From Alloascoidea hylecoeti (Eukaryota): a stretch of 39,274 nt of DNA. This document shows positions 23,401 to 34,239 of the stretch, one piece after another (within the stretch, counting starts at the first letter, position 1; each line of letters starts with the position of its first letter). The notes under the pieces were generated by a model. The model did no database searches. It was given only the letters and a program-made list of their open reading frames with translations, and was not told where the DNA came from. Where the stretch lies: the NCBI GenBank assembly GCA_001600815.1, contig BCKZ01000044.1:26034-65307 (forward strand), written 5' to 3'. The position numbers and the translations under genes are program-made.

Positions 23401-25592
23401 AAATTATATATTTGTTTCAAAAGTCACCAATCTCAGAATAGAGTTTACTATACTTAAGTAAATGATTATAACAACAAGAATATTGGGTACTTAAAGTTTA
23501 TTCAACCTTTCCAAATTCACAGATCAAGTTCAATGGATTTCGCAAAAACGGGGAATAAATTCTTGAAACATTTTAAGGTCTTATAAAGTTTACATATTTT
23601 TCACTTACCTATTCCGGTGTATACTTGTAGCTATATTTATTATATAAATATCCACTTAATTTTAAGTTGGTTTACTTTTCACTATTAGTGTGATATTGAT
23701 TGCAATTGGAGCTCACAACTAGCTAGATGTTCAAAATTATTTTTAAGCTTATTATTAATCATATAGCGTATAGTTCTATACATGGAATCATTTCATAACC
23801 ATATTGCCAGGAACAGACTAGAATTACAATTTGTTAAAAGTCTATTTATGTAATGCTAGGCTGATGCGAATGTTGTCGTACATGATCTCCATATATCGAT
23901 CAAGTCTAATAATTGTCTTTCAATCGAAATATGTCTTTCACTATTATTATCATGCCTATAGCTATAGACTATGTCCGTTACAGAGACTATAATTAATTAT
24001 GAGTGAGTCTACATACTACATAGTACGTATATTAAGCTTAAGGGTGTTTATATACAATTTGTTAATTAACATTCCACTTAGTAGTCATTCTATATTGGTA
24101 ATATCACCAATTATTAAATGATATTTGATTTACGCGTACTAAATAATCTATAGGCCTATATGAAGGGTGCATTTTACTACAATCCTTTAGATCTACACCT
24201 CTTAAAAAAGACATATATAGAGCATTCACACAAGTGTTTATTATACTTTTGTAGTATCATTTCAATCTTTGAATCAACTGTTTCTACTTTAGATTAGTCT
24301 TGCACGAGTAAAAAATATTAAAAATAAGGACGAACCTAAGTATATGATATAAACTAATATAAGAGTAATGTTTGAACGTGAGTTACTACAATACTGGTTG
24401 TGATTATAACAGATTCCCATATTATATTAGTTAATTAAGCCTGACCATACAATAGGAAAGTATTAGACAAAAACAAAAAATAGTCTCAATTAATATTGAT
24501 TCTATATATTACTCAACTTGTTATATTGTTTAAGATCGAATCTACTGTTATATGAAAGATATGTAGTCGAAATAAACTTGTTCTGTTAGAAAATAAGGGA
24601 AAGCCTCTTCTTATATAGATAAATAATTAGCTATTTAACTATGTAAGAATATTTAAGAATCTGGAAGAAATGAATTATAAATAGATAGGGTTAGTAACCA
24701 TGTATAGTGATAATATAGGGCTGGTAGCCATATGTATAACACAACTGTTAAAATTCTCATCCGCACCATTCTTTGATCTAATGGCGGGGCTACAGCAGTA
24801 ATGTTAGCGGCAAATAATTCTCTGTATTCTATGATTCATATTAAGTATTACTATTTTGGTCAACTTCTTATAACACTTTTCTTAGTTCACATTTAAGTTA
24901 CTTCCTGCACTTTCAAAGCTTATCTAACACGTTTAATACGATATATAAACCTATTTTGACCATACGTATTATTGTAGCCATCAAAAATTAGGAATGACAA
25001 CTTTGTGAAGATGAATACATGTAATAGTATAGGCGAGAATAAATATTTAATTTAAAAGGTCACATACTTCATAATGACGATGAGACTTGTACTGAAGGAC
25101 AAGAATATATAGCTTTATTTGGCTGTATGCATTGTTATTACCATTTAAATCAGAGAGTTTTTCTCGGTCTTAAGTAAATATTTCATGCCATTAATATTTG
25201 GATCCAGACCTGAATTTGGCTCTATAAGTTATGTTATAAATGCTTTATATAGGTACCGGTCAAGTTAATTTCAAATTGAAAAATCTATATATTTTTCTTC
25301 CATATGTTTTGAATGATATTTATATATAAACCAATTAATTTTCTGAAAGCTACCCATGATCTTCATATTATATTATATGGGTATGATTTTTTACCAGTAA
25401 TATATACATATAATATTTTTTGGCATTGATTGCTTATAATATAACATTCAAGGTGTTTATGTTGATCATATATAGGGTTCACGATTGTTTATGCTTGACA
25501 GTAAACGAATTATAAATATTCTTCTGTGATGCAGACTTATACTTTCCTCCAGCGAATTATACAGCGAATAATATAACCAAATTATAGTGTTA

Positions 25593-25627
25593 CACGTGAC
25601 ACTTCAGATCCGATGAGTTTTACGCGT
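25593..25627. promoter_or_regulatory. Cbf1-type E-box (CACGTGAC) and MCB (ACGCGT) in the BRE2 promoter
   Basis: CACGTGAC at 25593-25600 and ACGCGT at 25622-25627. Confidence 0.5.
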
Positions 25628-25693
25628 ATCTCAGGAAAACTTCAAACTGTACGCCAAAAATTTAATATTTTTCATCACCCATTAAAATATAAA

Positions 25694-27151
25694 ATGACAG
25701 AGAATCAGAATCAAAGTCAAAATCATGATCACAATAATAATCACCAAAAACAAGCACATAATAGGGTGGCTCTACGATATAAACCACGACTATATACTCT
25801 CCAAGAATTATTGATGCCTATAACAGTGCCCTCAATCCATTTAGCACCAATAGCACCCATTTCCAATGTTCCATTTTATTTATCAGAAGACCATCCATAC
25901 AATAAACGGGGGTTTAAATATGTTGTCTGTCATCCAAATCCGATTTTACCGTCGTTGAAATTTTCAGCCAGTGACTTTGCACCATATGTCGCTCGCGCCG
26001 ATTTAATGGATCGAAGTGCTCGCTTATTTATTAATGACGATTATACAACTGTAACAACTGAAAAAGGATTTAGATCAGTTCGTGCAAATGTTGGAGTTTC
26101 TGAAGGGAAGTGGTATTTAGAATTCAAAATTATTAATGCTAATAGCAATTCTATCGCGAATACTCCAGATAATGGGCATGATATTTCTCCTTCGCCTTCA
26201 CTAGAAGCTTCATCTCCAATTCCCCAATTTGGTTCTCGATCCAGATCACACACAGGAACCCCACCACAGATAGACTCAACTACAAATAGAGATGGACATG
26301 TGAGAATAGGCGTTGCTCGTCGTGAAGCTAGTATCGAGGCACCCGTTGGATATGATGCATATGGATATGGACTTCGAGATGCTACAGGGCAAAAAGTTCA
26401 TTTATCAAGACCAGTAGAATTTATGGAACCGTTCAAATCTGGAGATACTTTAGGTTTATTAATCAGCCTTCCTAGTGTTGATGATCAACGTAGATGGATA
26501 AGAGAGAAACATCCCGAAATAAAACTAGAAGATCAAATTGATGTTTTCAGAGAAAGAATTCCAATTTCTTATAAAGGAAATTTATATTTTGAACAATTAG
26601 AATATATGCCTCCTAAAGAAATGGATAATTTAATATACGCCATGCCATCTTCAAATAAGAAGCAAAAAACTGACCACGCAAATAAAGTATTTAAACCAGA
26701 TACAATCCCGAGTTCTTACATTAAAATATACAAAAACGGGAAGTTTATGGGCACGCCATTTACGGATTTAACTGCATTTTTACCACCATACTCTAAACCA
26801 TTACCATCATTAGCAAAAATAAACCCAACATTAAATTCAGCTAAAAAATATACCTTCGACGATGGAACTCTTGGGTATTACCCAATGATTAGTTGTTATC
26901 GAGGAGGGGTTGCAAAATTCAACATGGGACCTGATTTTGAGGCTGTTGATATGAATAATGATCTCACGAATGAAATGGCACTTAATGACCCTTTATGCGA
27001 TGAAAATATCGCATTAGGTTTGAAAAATAAAACTATTCGTCCTTTTTGCGAAAGATATGATGAAATGATTGCAGAAGATGTAACTTGGGATATTATTGCA
27101 GAGATAGAGTCGACAGAATTTGATAAAATAGAGGCTGCTTTACTTTCTTAA
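25694..27151 (+). CDS. BRE2: COMPASS/Set1C subunit Bre2 (Ash2, SPRY domain)
   Basis: EDHPYNKRGFKY, KGFRSVRANVGVSEGKWYLEFKI, HVRIGVARREASIEAPVGYDAYGYGLRD, GTLGYYPMIS and FNMGP motifs. Start placed at ATG 25694 (AAAATG context) rather than 25613. Confidence 0.93.
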   Translation: MTENQNQSQNHDHNNNHQKQAHNRVALRYKPRLYTLQELLMPITVPSIHLAPIAPISNVPFYLSEDHPYNKRGFKYVVCHPNPILPSLKFSASDFAPYVARADLMDRSARLFINDDYTTVTTEKGFRSVRANVGVSEGKWYLEFKIINANSNSIANTPDNGHDISPSPSLEASSPIPQFGSRSRSHTGTPPQIDSTTNRDGHVRIGVARREASIEAPVGYDAYGYGLRDATGQKVHLSRPVEFMEPFKSGDTLGLLISLPSVDDQRRWIREKHPEIKLEDQIDVFRERIPISYKGNLYFEQLEYMPPKEMDNLIYAMPSSNKKQKTDHANKVFKPDTIPSSYIKIYKNGKFMGTPFTDLTAFLPPYSKPLPSLAKINPTLNSAKKYTFDDGTLGYYPMISCYRGGVAKFNMGPDFEAVDMNNDLTNEMALNDPLCDENIALGLKNKTIRPFCERYDEMIAEDVTWDIIAEIESTEFDKIEAALLS

Positions 27152-27230
27152 TCTCTTTATATATGAGATCAATTTATCATTATATTAGTTACAATTTTTA
27201 GAATTAATTAACATTATATTGTTATTTGAA

Positions 27231-28097
27231 CTATAATTCTTTATTGTATAGTCTTATTGCTTTTTCACCTACACTATAGAAATTATGATTAGCCCAGTTC
27301 GATCGACATCCTTCAACTGGACACATTTCTTGATCCATAGTTTCAAAATGAAGTTTACCACATTCAGGATGAAATCTGGCCCCACATTCCAGATTTCCAC
27401 ATCGTATTCCTGTTGTAAGTATTTCATGGCAGACAAAGCATTTTCGTAGAATAAAATTATCATCATTCTCATCATTTTCTTCATGATCTTCAGACCGACC
27501 ATATCTACTTTTAAGATATTCACGCAGTTCACCAAGTGCCCTTACACCTAAACTGTAGACATGATTATCAGATAATTGTAACCAGCCATGATCGACTAGT
27601 ATATCCAAAGTCTTTTTCGTATCTGTCTTTGATCTTGACGTTTCTAAATTCAACGCTTTATTACTTCCAACACAGAATACTTCATTTATAGCAACCACTC
27701 CGCCGATATTGATTTCATTATTTGCATCACCAAACATGTAATCTAAAATCCTTTTAAAATAAACAATTTCGGCGACGGTAAGTTCAGTTGCTCTTTGTGT
27801 GGGATCATCACTTAATAAATTAACAAAACTATAATAAAACTCTCGTGTAACTTGTTCCATTGTCCTCCTTATTTCAAAATTTGCCCATTTTAGTTTCCTG
27901 TTTATTTCTCTGACATATCTATCTAATCTAGCCATTTGATCAGAACAAGGAGCTCCTCGTAAAGGATCTTCTTCATCAGTAGAAGTTTCAATCAGTTTAG
28001 ACAGAGAAGTTAGCACCACATGACCCCGAACACATCCCATGGCTATTATATATTGTAGCAAAGCCCTGTGAACATTAGTATAATCTCCATCTGACAT
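27231..28097 (-). CDS. NSE1: Smc5/6 complex subunit Nse1 (winged helix plus RING-like domain)
   Basis: YTNVHRALLQ N-terminus, YSLGVRALGELREYL and a C-terminal RING (CFVC...C.N..C..RFH..C...CP..GC). Start at ATG 28097 (MSDGD). Confidence 0.92.
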   Translation of the reverse strand: MSDGDYTNVHRALLQYIIAMGCVRGHVVLTSLSKLIETSTDEEDPLRGAPCSDQMARLDRYVREINRKLKWANFEIRRTMEQVTREFYYSFVNLLSDDPTQRATELTVAEIVYFKRILDYMFGDANNEINIGGVVAINEVFCVGSNKALNLETSRSKTDTKKTLDILVDHGWLQLSDNHVYSLGVRALGELREYLKSRYGRSEDHEENDENDDNFILRKCFVCHEILTTGIRCGNLECGARFHPECGKLHFETMDQEMCPVEGCRSNWANHNFYSVGEKAIRLYNKEL

Positions 28098-28140
28098 TTG
28101 TATTCGTCTCAACTGTCTCTTTTTTTTCGTGTTTTCAATT

Positions 28141-28197
28141 TCGCGTTCGCGTAGTAAAAAGTCCGGGTAATATAATGCTTCTAACACCCGTACACCC
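28141..28197. promoter_or_regulatory. Compact bidirectional NSE1/YIP1 promoter with MCB-like, Reb1-like and Rap1-like sites
   Basis: TCGCGTTCGCGT at 28141, CCGGGTAA at 28163 and ACACCCGTACACCC at 28184-28197. Confidence 0.55.
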
Positions 28198-28257
28198 ACG
28201 TGCCACCGAGTAAAACGAGCTGCACACAAAAAGCCACCTTTGAAATATCCAAAAACG

Positions 28258-29308
28258 ATGGCTTTTTTCAATAGATATCCAGACCAGGACCCAACTCCAA
28301 ATCCAAACCTTCAATTTTATCCTTCACAGCATCAAAATCCTACTCCAATTGGTTCATCTGGTCGGTCAGCTGGATGGAGAGCAAGACCATCCGTATTATC
28401 TGGTAGCATCAACCCTCAAGGTTCTGTACCTATTGATCCACAATATTCAGGTTATAATATAACAGGCAACATTGGGAGTGATGGTGTGGGGCTAGCACCT
28501 GGAATATTAGCTGCTTTGGGGACAAGTGGATATCCTGGTGAACCTCCGTTATTGGATGGTATGTTGCTATTTTGAGATTTCATACGACATATATTCACTC
28601 GAAATATTAACAATAATCATTAGAACTGGGTGTGAATTTCAATCACATAAAGGGAAAGGTATGTTTTTATTTTTTCCCCTTTCTTTTTTTTAAAAAAAGA
28701 GACAAAATATATAAAATAAGATCTTTAATTTATTAACTTAAATAACATTAAATTAGACATTAGCTGTTCTTAATCCAATAGGAAGGATAGCACCCGATAT
28801 TATGGCAGATTCTGATATGGCTGGTCCTTTACTATTTTGTATGCTATTTGCTACATTTCTTCTATTTGTAAGTTGACTAAACTGATATGTATAAATATCT
28901 GCAGGGACTTACTTAGGACATTAACATGTGAATAATTTCTAGTCGGGCAAAGTTCATTTCGGATATATTTATGGAGTAGCAGTAGTGGGAACAATCTCGC
29001 TTCATTTGCTGTTCAATCTAATGGCTCCACAAGGGATAGAATTTAGTCGTACGGCTAGTGTCATTGGATATTGCATGTTGCCTCTTGTAATACAGAGTTT
29101 CTTTGGGGTTATATTCACAATGGATAATTCAATTGGTTATGTTTTATCTGCTTTTGTTACATTTTGGTGCACGTTTTCCGCATCTGGGTTTTTTGTGTCT
29201 GTTTTACAATTAACAAATGCTAGAGTATTGGTTGCATATCCTCTAGCTATCTTCTACACCATCTTCGCAATAATGACTATATTTGTAGAAACGAAACCTT
29301 CTACATAA
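28258..29308 (+). CDS. YIP1: Golgi/ER membrane protein Yip1; exons 28258-28558, 28624-28658, 28757-28867, 28943-29308 (270 aa)
   Basis: The spliced product reads [26 protein letters not shown]...DSDMAGPLLF...SGKVHFGYIYG...SVIGYCMLP. Three GT..AG introns keep the frame. Confidence 0.94.
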
Positions 29309-29754
29309 ATGTTATAATTATGAAATTTTAGAGGGAAATCACTGGCTATAACAATCTAAAATCTATTTAAGAGTTTGCATTATATTACATTGAATCATAA
29401 TCTATTTGTATATTTGCGTGTTAAAAGTTATTCATGACTAAATTTAGTTTGTTAATATAGATAAAGTACATCAAATTGATACATTAGCTATAAAATCACA
29501 AACAACTGAGGCATATTAATCGGAGTTGTGATTATTATTAGTTTTAATGTCATAGATCTTTGATATCTTAGTTTACGAAAATAATTTGATATAATAATTA
29601 TAAATTATACGAAGTGTAACCTTAAGAAGTTTATAATTATGTCAATTAATAGAGTTAGAGGTAATGTTTCAATTATCTAGTGAGATGTTAACGTTACTCA
29701 CTATGGTGAATAGGAATAGTATTATAGTGATATGTATGAACCATGCAATTTGAT

Positions 29755-31448
29755 TTAGAATGATTCTTTGAATGAGATCACTTTACAACTCAAATCATTA
29801 ACATTCAATAGAACAAGTTGACCAGTAGTACTGAACCTAGGGACGCAAATAAGCCTAACATTAATTTCATTATCATTGATATCGATTCCAGTTGATATTT
29901 TTGTTTCGAACTTAGATTGATTTGCAACAAAGTACACATGAGGAGTATTTTTTATAATAAATGGGTCATTATCAACAAATGGATAACATGCTAAAGTATC
30001 AGGTGCAGTTGGTGCAATATGTTGCCATCTTAAACTTGACTCTAAGGTTTCTAATCTTGAATATGGTGAAGTAGTTACTTGCTTCAAACCAGTTTCAGAT
30101 TCGGAATCTTCAATCTCAGATATATTATATTTATAAATATCATCAATTGGCTGTCCTGATGATCCAATTATCGATATATTTTGAAGATCAAAAATATATG
30201 GATTAGTTTTTAAACTAATAGCACCATTTCGTGAACGAGGAAATAATGCTCTATGTAATGGTTGTTGCGGGAAACCAATAGGTGTAACATCATGTGGACC
30301 AGGCATTATATCAATAGGTAGTGTATATGCTATTTCAGAGATAAATGAATCAATAAGTCGTGTTGGTGGAACTCTAGGTATTGCTGGATGTTCTTCCTGA
30401 TCTCGAGTTTTAGAAGTTCGTACTCTATCTGATTTTGCTTTTCTCATTCCTAATTCATCATCCAAACTTGAGCACAAATTCCCAGCAATAATAAGTTTTT
30501 GTATGTTGCTTGAAAGCAATTGTTCCTGAGAGATAAAGAGAAAATATTAGAAATAGTTCCAAATGAAACTTAAATATAGGCATTAAAACTTACATCATCA
30601 CCACCAATTTCACCAGTTAAGAACTCTTTTAGCATTTCCAAGCTATAGCCCTCATATTCTATAGAACTAATATCAAGTCCCGAGACAATTGCAATATATC
30701 CATTTCCATTTGAGGCATTTCTTGGCTTTGGCAATGGTAGTTGTGGAGTAAAATCTGGATATACTATATCCACAATATGAAAGCTCCCAGGCACAGTCTC
30801 CATCCCAAGAACTGCAACAACACATCCAGTAACAAGTAGAGTAGATTTAATCAAATCTCCAGCTAGTGTGACACGACCAGATTCATCTTCTAAAATCGTT
30901 ATATCTGTTTCGGGATCACTATAAGACATTCGTTTAGGTGGTGGTGCACCCCAATGTGGACGACTGATTTCCTCCAATATATCAGGCTTATACTTCATTT
31001 CGCAAAATATCGTTCCAATAACCCATGTTGGTGCCTCAGGCTGGATATCTAAAACCTTTAATGTTCGTTTGACACGTTTCCCATGTATCTATTATTCTAT
31101 TAGAATCTATAAAAATCAATATTTTTTTCTTTCCTTGTAACTTACGCTTTCATTGCCCCATCTTCTATTTGCAGCACTGATAATACGAGGCTTTAACTCT
31201 TCTATTCTCATATAATATAAATTTGCATATTGTTGTTCATATCTCCGCTCGGATAATTTCTTTAAAAATTCGTTGTGTGGTTCATCAGTTGGAATTAGAT
31301 CTAATCTTGATCGTGCTCCTCTTGTAGGATTATCATCACTAGTTATCACATGTGTATTAGTATATTAAATAATTAGATAACAATGACAACATATTACATA
31401 CTGTTTAGGGGATAAAAAAGATTGCTTGATTGGTTCTATGGTTGGCAT
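29755..31448 (-). CDS. POL31: DNA polymerase delta small subunit; exons 31448-31402, 31338-31146, 31088-30594, 30525-29755 (501 aa)
   Basis: QQYANLY, KYKPDIL, LEDESGRV, LVTGCVVAVLG, IIAGN, MPGPHD..PQQPLH, HIAPTAPDTL..YPF and PHVYF motifs. Three introns join the ORF-track fragments in frame. Confidence 0.95.
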
Positions 31449-31489
31449 TTGTGGTGAAGATGAATATAAAAAGAAAGTTGAAAAATGGT

Positions 31490-31500
31490 TCGCGTCGCGT
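31490..31500. promoter_or_regulatory. Tandem MCB-like CGCGT sites upstream of POL31
   Basis: TCGCGTCGCGT about 45 nt upstream of the ATG, as expected for a G1/S replication gene. Confidence 0.55.
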
Positions 31501-31589
31501 ACAAATTTATATAGTCACATGATCACTACAAGCCAAAGAAAAATAAATTAAGGAGATTTATAAATTTATAACTATCCGTCATATATAAA

Positions 31590-32936
31590 CTAAACTGCCT
31601 CCTGTTTCGATAAAGTTTGAGTTAACACTTGATTTGAACGAAACGATAGTCCTTTGGTCTTTTCAATAACTTGCTGATAAACACTTGTAACTGGATGATT
31701 CATAATAACGGTGCCTTCTGATTCATCAATTTTTGCATCCATTTTGGAATCACGAATTAAATTAGCAATCCATTTTTCACCTTGTTCTCTAGTTAAATTT
31801 AAACTTGCAGATAATTGATTTAAATCCATTCTTTTATGAATACGACAATAAACTTCAGAAATTAAATGTCTTGCACTTTCTAAAAATAAATCAGCAATAT
31901 TTGAAAGGAAAAAATCTGTTCTTAATACACTTTCAGCTTCTGCTAATTTAGCCTGTGCTGCTTCGAAATCAAAATCAATATATAACGTTTGAATAAATTC
32001 AGTTAATGGATCTTGATATTCATAACGTTCTTGTCCAACTACTCTGATTAAATCCTTTAGACGTTTTTGGAAAGTTTGGCTAGAATGTGATTTAGAACTT
32101 GTTGCAACAACAGCAGCAGTTAAATAACGAATAATCCATGGGCAAGCAGCTTGAATAGTACTCATATAAGAAGAAGAGAAAAACAAATCACATAAAGCAT
32201 CACGCCCATTACTATCAGTGTTGAAAAAAGGGAATAAAGACCAATGAATGATCCAAGTACGTTGATGGAGTTGAGTTAATGGATCCGCAAAGGAAACTGA
32301 TCTAGTATCAATAATATCACGTAATTTTTGTAATTCATCCAAGGCAGCATCCCAATTAACTAATAAAATCTCAGAAGCTAATTTACCCCAAGTTGCTGAA
32401 GCATTCAAATCACTATTTGCTGATAATACTCTGAAATTACTTAACAGATCAGCTGCTGGACCATAATTACCACAATTATATTGAAATTGACCAAATTCAT
32501 ATAAAGCATCAATATTTTCGCTTTTTATTTCATATTCTTTTTCCAAAAATTTCAAATTATAAGATTTATCTTGTTTTAAATTTGAAATAACTTCTTGTTT
32601 CGTTAAAATTTCCAAAGTTTTTTGTGTTTCTTTTTCCAGTTTTTCCAAATTAGCATATACTTTATCTCTTTTAGAACTAATTTCAACTGGTAATGGTTCA
32701 CTAGGATGTAAATTTTCCCAAAGATTAATGATATAATCAGCCATATTTGTATCTTTTAATAAATCATATTTTAATTGTAAAATAGTTGTTTGATCATAAA
32801 TTTCACTTGATTCTAAAGCTTCGAAAAGTGGATAGATTAAATGACGATCAAGAAATGATATAATCTTCCCTGTAAGATCATATTTTCGAGCAATAACTAG
32901 CTCCTCTGTAGTTAAGGATTTTTCTTGGTCGGCCAT
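31590..32936 (-). CDS. INT6: Translation initiation factor eIF3 subunit e (Int6), PCI domain
   Basis: LDRHLIYPL, QYNCGNY, WGKLASEIL, QRTWIIHWSLFPFFN, EKWIANLIRD and SVYQQVIEKTK motifs. Confidence 0.96.
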   Translation of the reverse strand: MADQEKSLTTEELVIARKYDLTGKIISFLDRHLIYPLFEALESSEIYDQTTILQLKYDLLKDTNMADYIINLWENLHPSEPLPVEISSKRDKVYANLEKLEKETQKTLEILTKQEVISNLKQDKSYNLKFLEKEYEIKSENIDALYEFGQFQYNCGNYGPAADLLSNFRVLSANSDLNASATWGKLASEILLVNWDAALDELQKLRDIIDTRSVSFADPLTQLHQRTWIIHWSLFPFFNTDSNGRDALCDLFFSSSYMSTIQAACPWIIRYLTAAVVATSSKSHSSQTFQKRLKDLIRVVGQERYEYQDPLTEFIQTLYIDFDFEAAQAKLAEAESVLRTDFFLSNIADLFLESARHLISEVYCRIHKRMDLNQLSASLNLTREQGEKWIANLIRDSKMDAKIDESEGTVIMNHPVTSVYQQVIEKTKGLSFRSNQVLTQTLSKQEAV

Positions 32937-32991
32937 TGATTCTGATTATTTTAGTGATGTCGTTTCAATTGAAAACTTTTCAACCACACAT

Positions 32992-33005
32992 GGGTGTAAG
33001 GGTGT
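32992..33005 (-). promoter_or_regulatory. Rap1-like motif ACACCCTTACACCC upstream of eIF3e
   Basis: Third copy of the 14-mer, on the sense strand about 55 nt before the ATG. Confidence 0.5.
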
Positions 33006-33797
33006 ATATACTATTCAGTGCCATTAGAATCGAAAGCTAATTGAGCCTAAATTCGTGAGTGCATACAATATAATTCATTGATTAATTGGTTTATAATTAC
33101 TATCCAGACAACATGAAAAAATAAGATTTCAAATTTTTGATTAAATCTACCTCTTTTTTCCTTATAGTATTAAGGTACACCTTGTGAAATACTACGATAG
33201 ATATTTTAGCATATATATTACTTTCAAAATGTCACAATGCCTTATTCTTCACAATCCACCCAAAGGCACTCTTATTACTTACATATAACCTATATCATAG
33301 TATAGCGATACTTTTATATAAATACGTATACTAAATACAAAATAAATACCATCATCATTAGGTAGGAACCTTTTATTTTTTTATGGTTGAAGAATTATGA
33401 TGAAATAATTTATAATTGATATTTCCATTTATCACAAAATAATATATTAACTGTTTTAAGTAGATGTATATAAATTGAGTGATATCCATTCTTGCAACCT
33501 CTAAGATCTAGATATAGAAAAGCTTTATAGTTATAAATAGTGCTATAAAATATATGTAAAGTTAGTATTCAGAATAATAATTAACAACTAATGAAATATG
33601 AATAAGGCAAAATCGCCAATAATCAATAAAAGCTCAGATATAAGTAAAATAAAAACAATTTCACATATATCTTGCTAATGCATTGAATATGATAATTGTT
33701 TCATTTTTTTCATTCTTTTCTTGGTTGATTGAGTTGTTTAGAATTTCGTCGTTAACTAATTCTTTCTTTATAAAAGCACAAGGGGATCTCAAAAAAT

Positions 33798-34100
33798 AAG
33801 GAGCATGGAACGTTGAGGGTATACATCGCAACCATGGTTAATGATTCGCTATACAATTGCAATGAAAAAGGGGAAAGAAAATATGTGGAAAAGAAGGCCT
33901 GTTTAAATTAAAACTTAGAATCTAACTAGCTCCATATAAGGAATTTTGGAGATAGCATGAAAAAAATATGGAGCCAAATTTAGTAACCCCGGTACTTTGG
34001 AGAGTAGATGCTCTAGAGGGCTGATCTCATCAAGTTTCCATTTTGAAAATTTGGCAATATTTCTCTATTCTTTTAGGACATTTATTCAACAAGCAGTATA
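33798..34100 (+). mobile_element. Probable decayed Tc1/IS630-like transposase fragment
   Basis: MVNDSLYNCNEKGERKYV...RNFGDSMKKIWSQI** then, in a shifted frame, PGTL...TFIQQ. This follows the order SDE..GRKYV..KFG..S..WG.I..GPG.L..FQQD. Confidence 0.45.
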
Positions 34101-34239
34101 AAAACAGACATCTTTTTGTACAAACTCAGGCTAATTTAAATTAAACCGGACCTGCAAAGTTCATAAATCGGACTGGTATGACTATAATATCATCTATTTA
34201 ACTCAATTTTCACATTTTAAATGTATACTAAAGTAGACA

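Larger units (their letters stand above)
12454..25590. other. 13-kb AT-rich gene-free tract; candidate regional centromere
   Basis: No credible ORF, decayed transposon relics, and adjacency to orthologues of CEN10/CEN12-linked genes. Function is inferred only. Confidence 0.55.

Noticed and set aside
24685..24738. Telomere-like ATAGGGTTAGTAACCATG / ATAGGGCTGGTAGCCATA doublet
   Set aside because: Only two imperfect units; insufficient for an interstitial telomere call.
12454..25600. Point centromere (CDEI-CDEII-CDEIII)
   Set aside because: No CDEI followed by a very AT-rich spacer and a CCGAA-type CDEIII was found.
25613..25693. N-terminal extension of BRE2
   Set aside because: It overlaps a promoter MCB motif, and ATG 25694 has a better context.
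28098..28271. 58-aa N-terminal extension of NSE1 and TTG start of YIP1
   Set aside because: These run through the shared promoter; family similarity starts at MSDGD and MAFF respectively.
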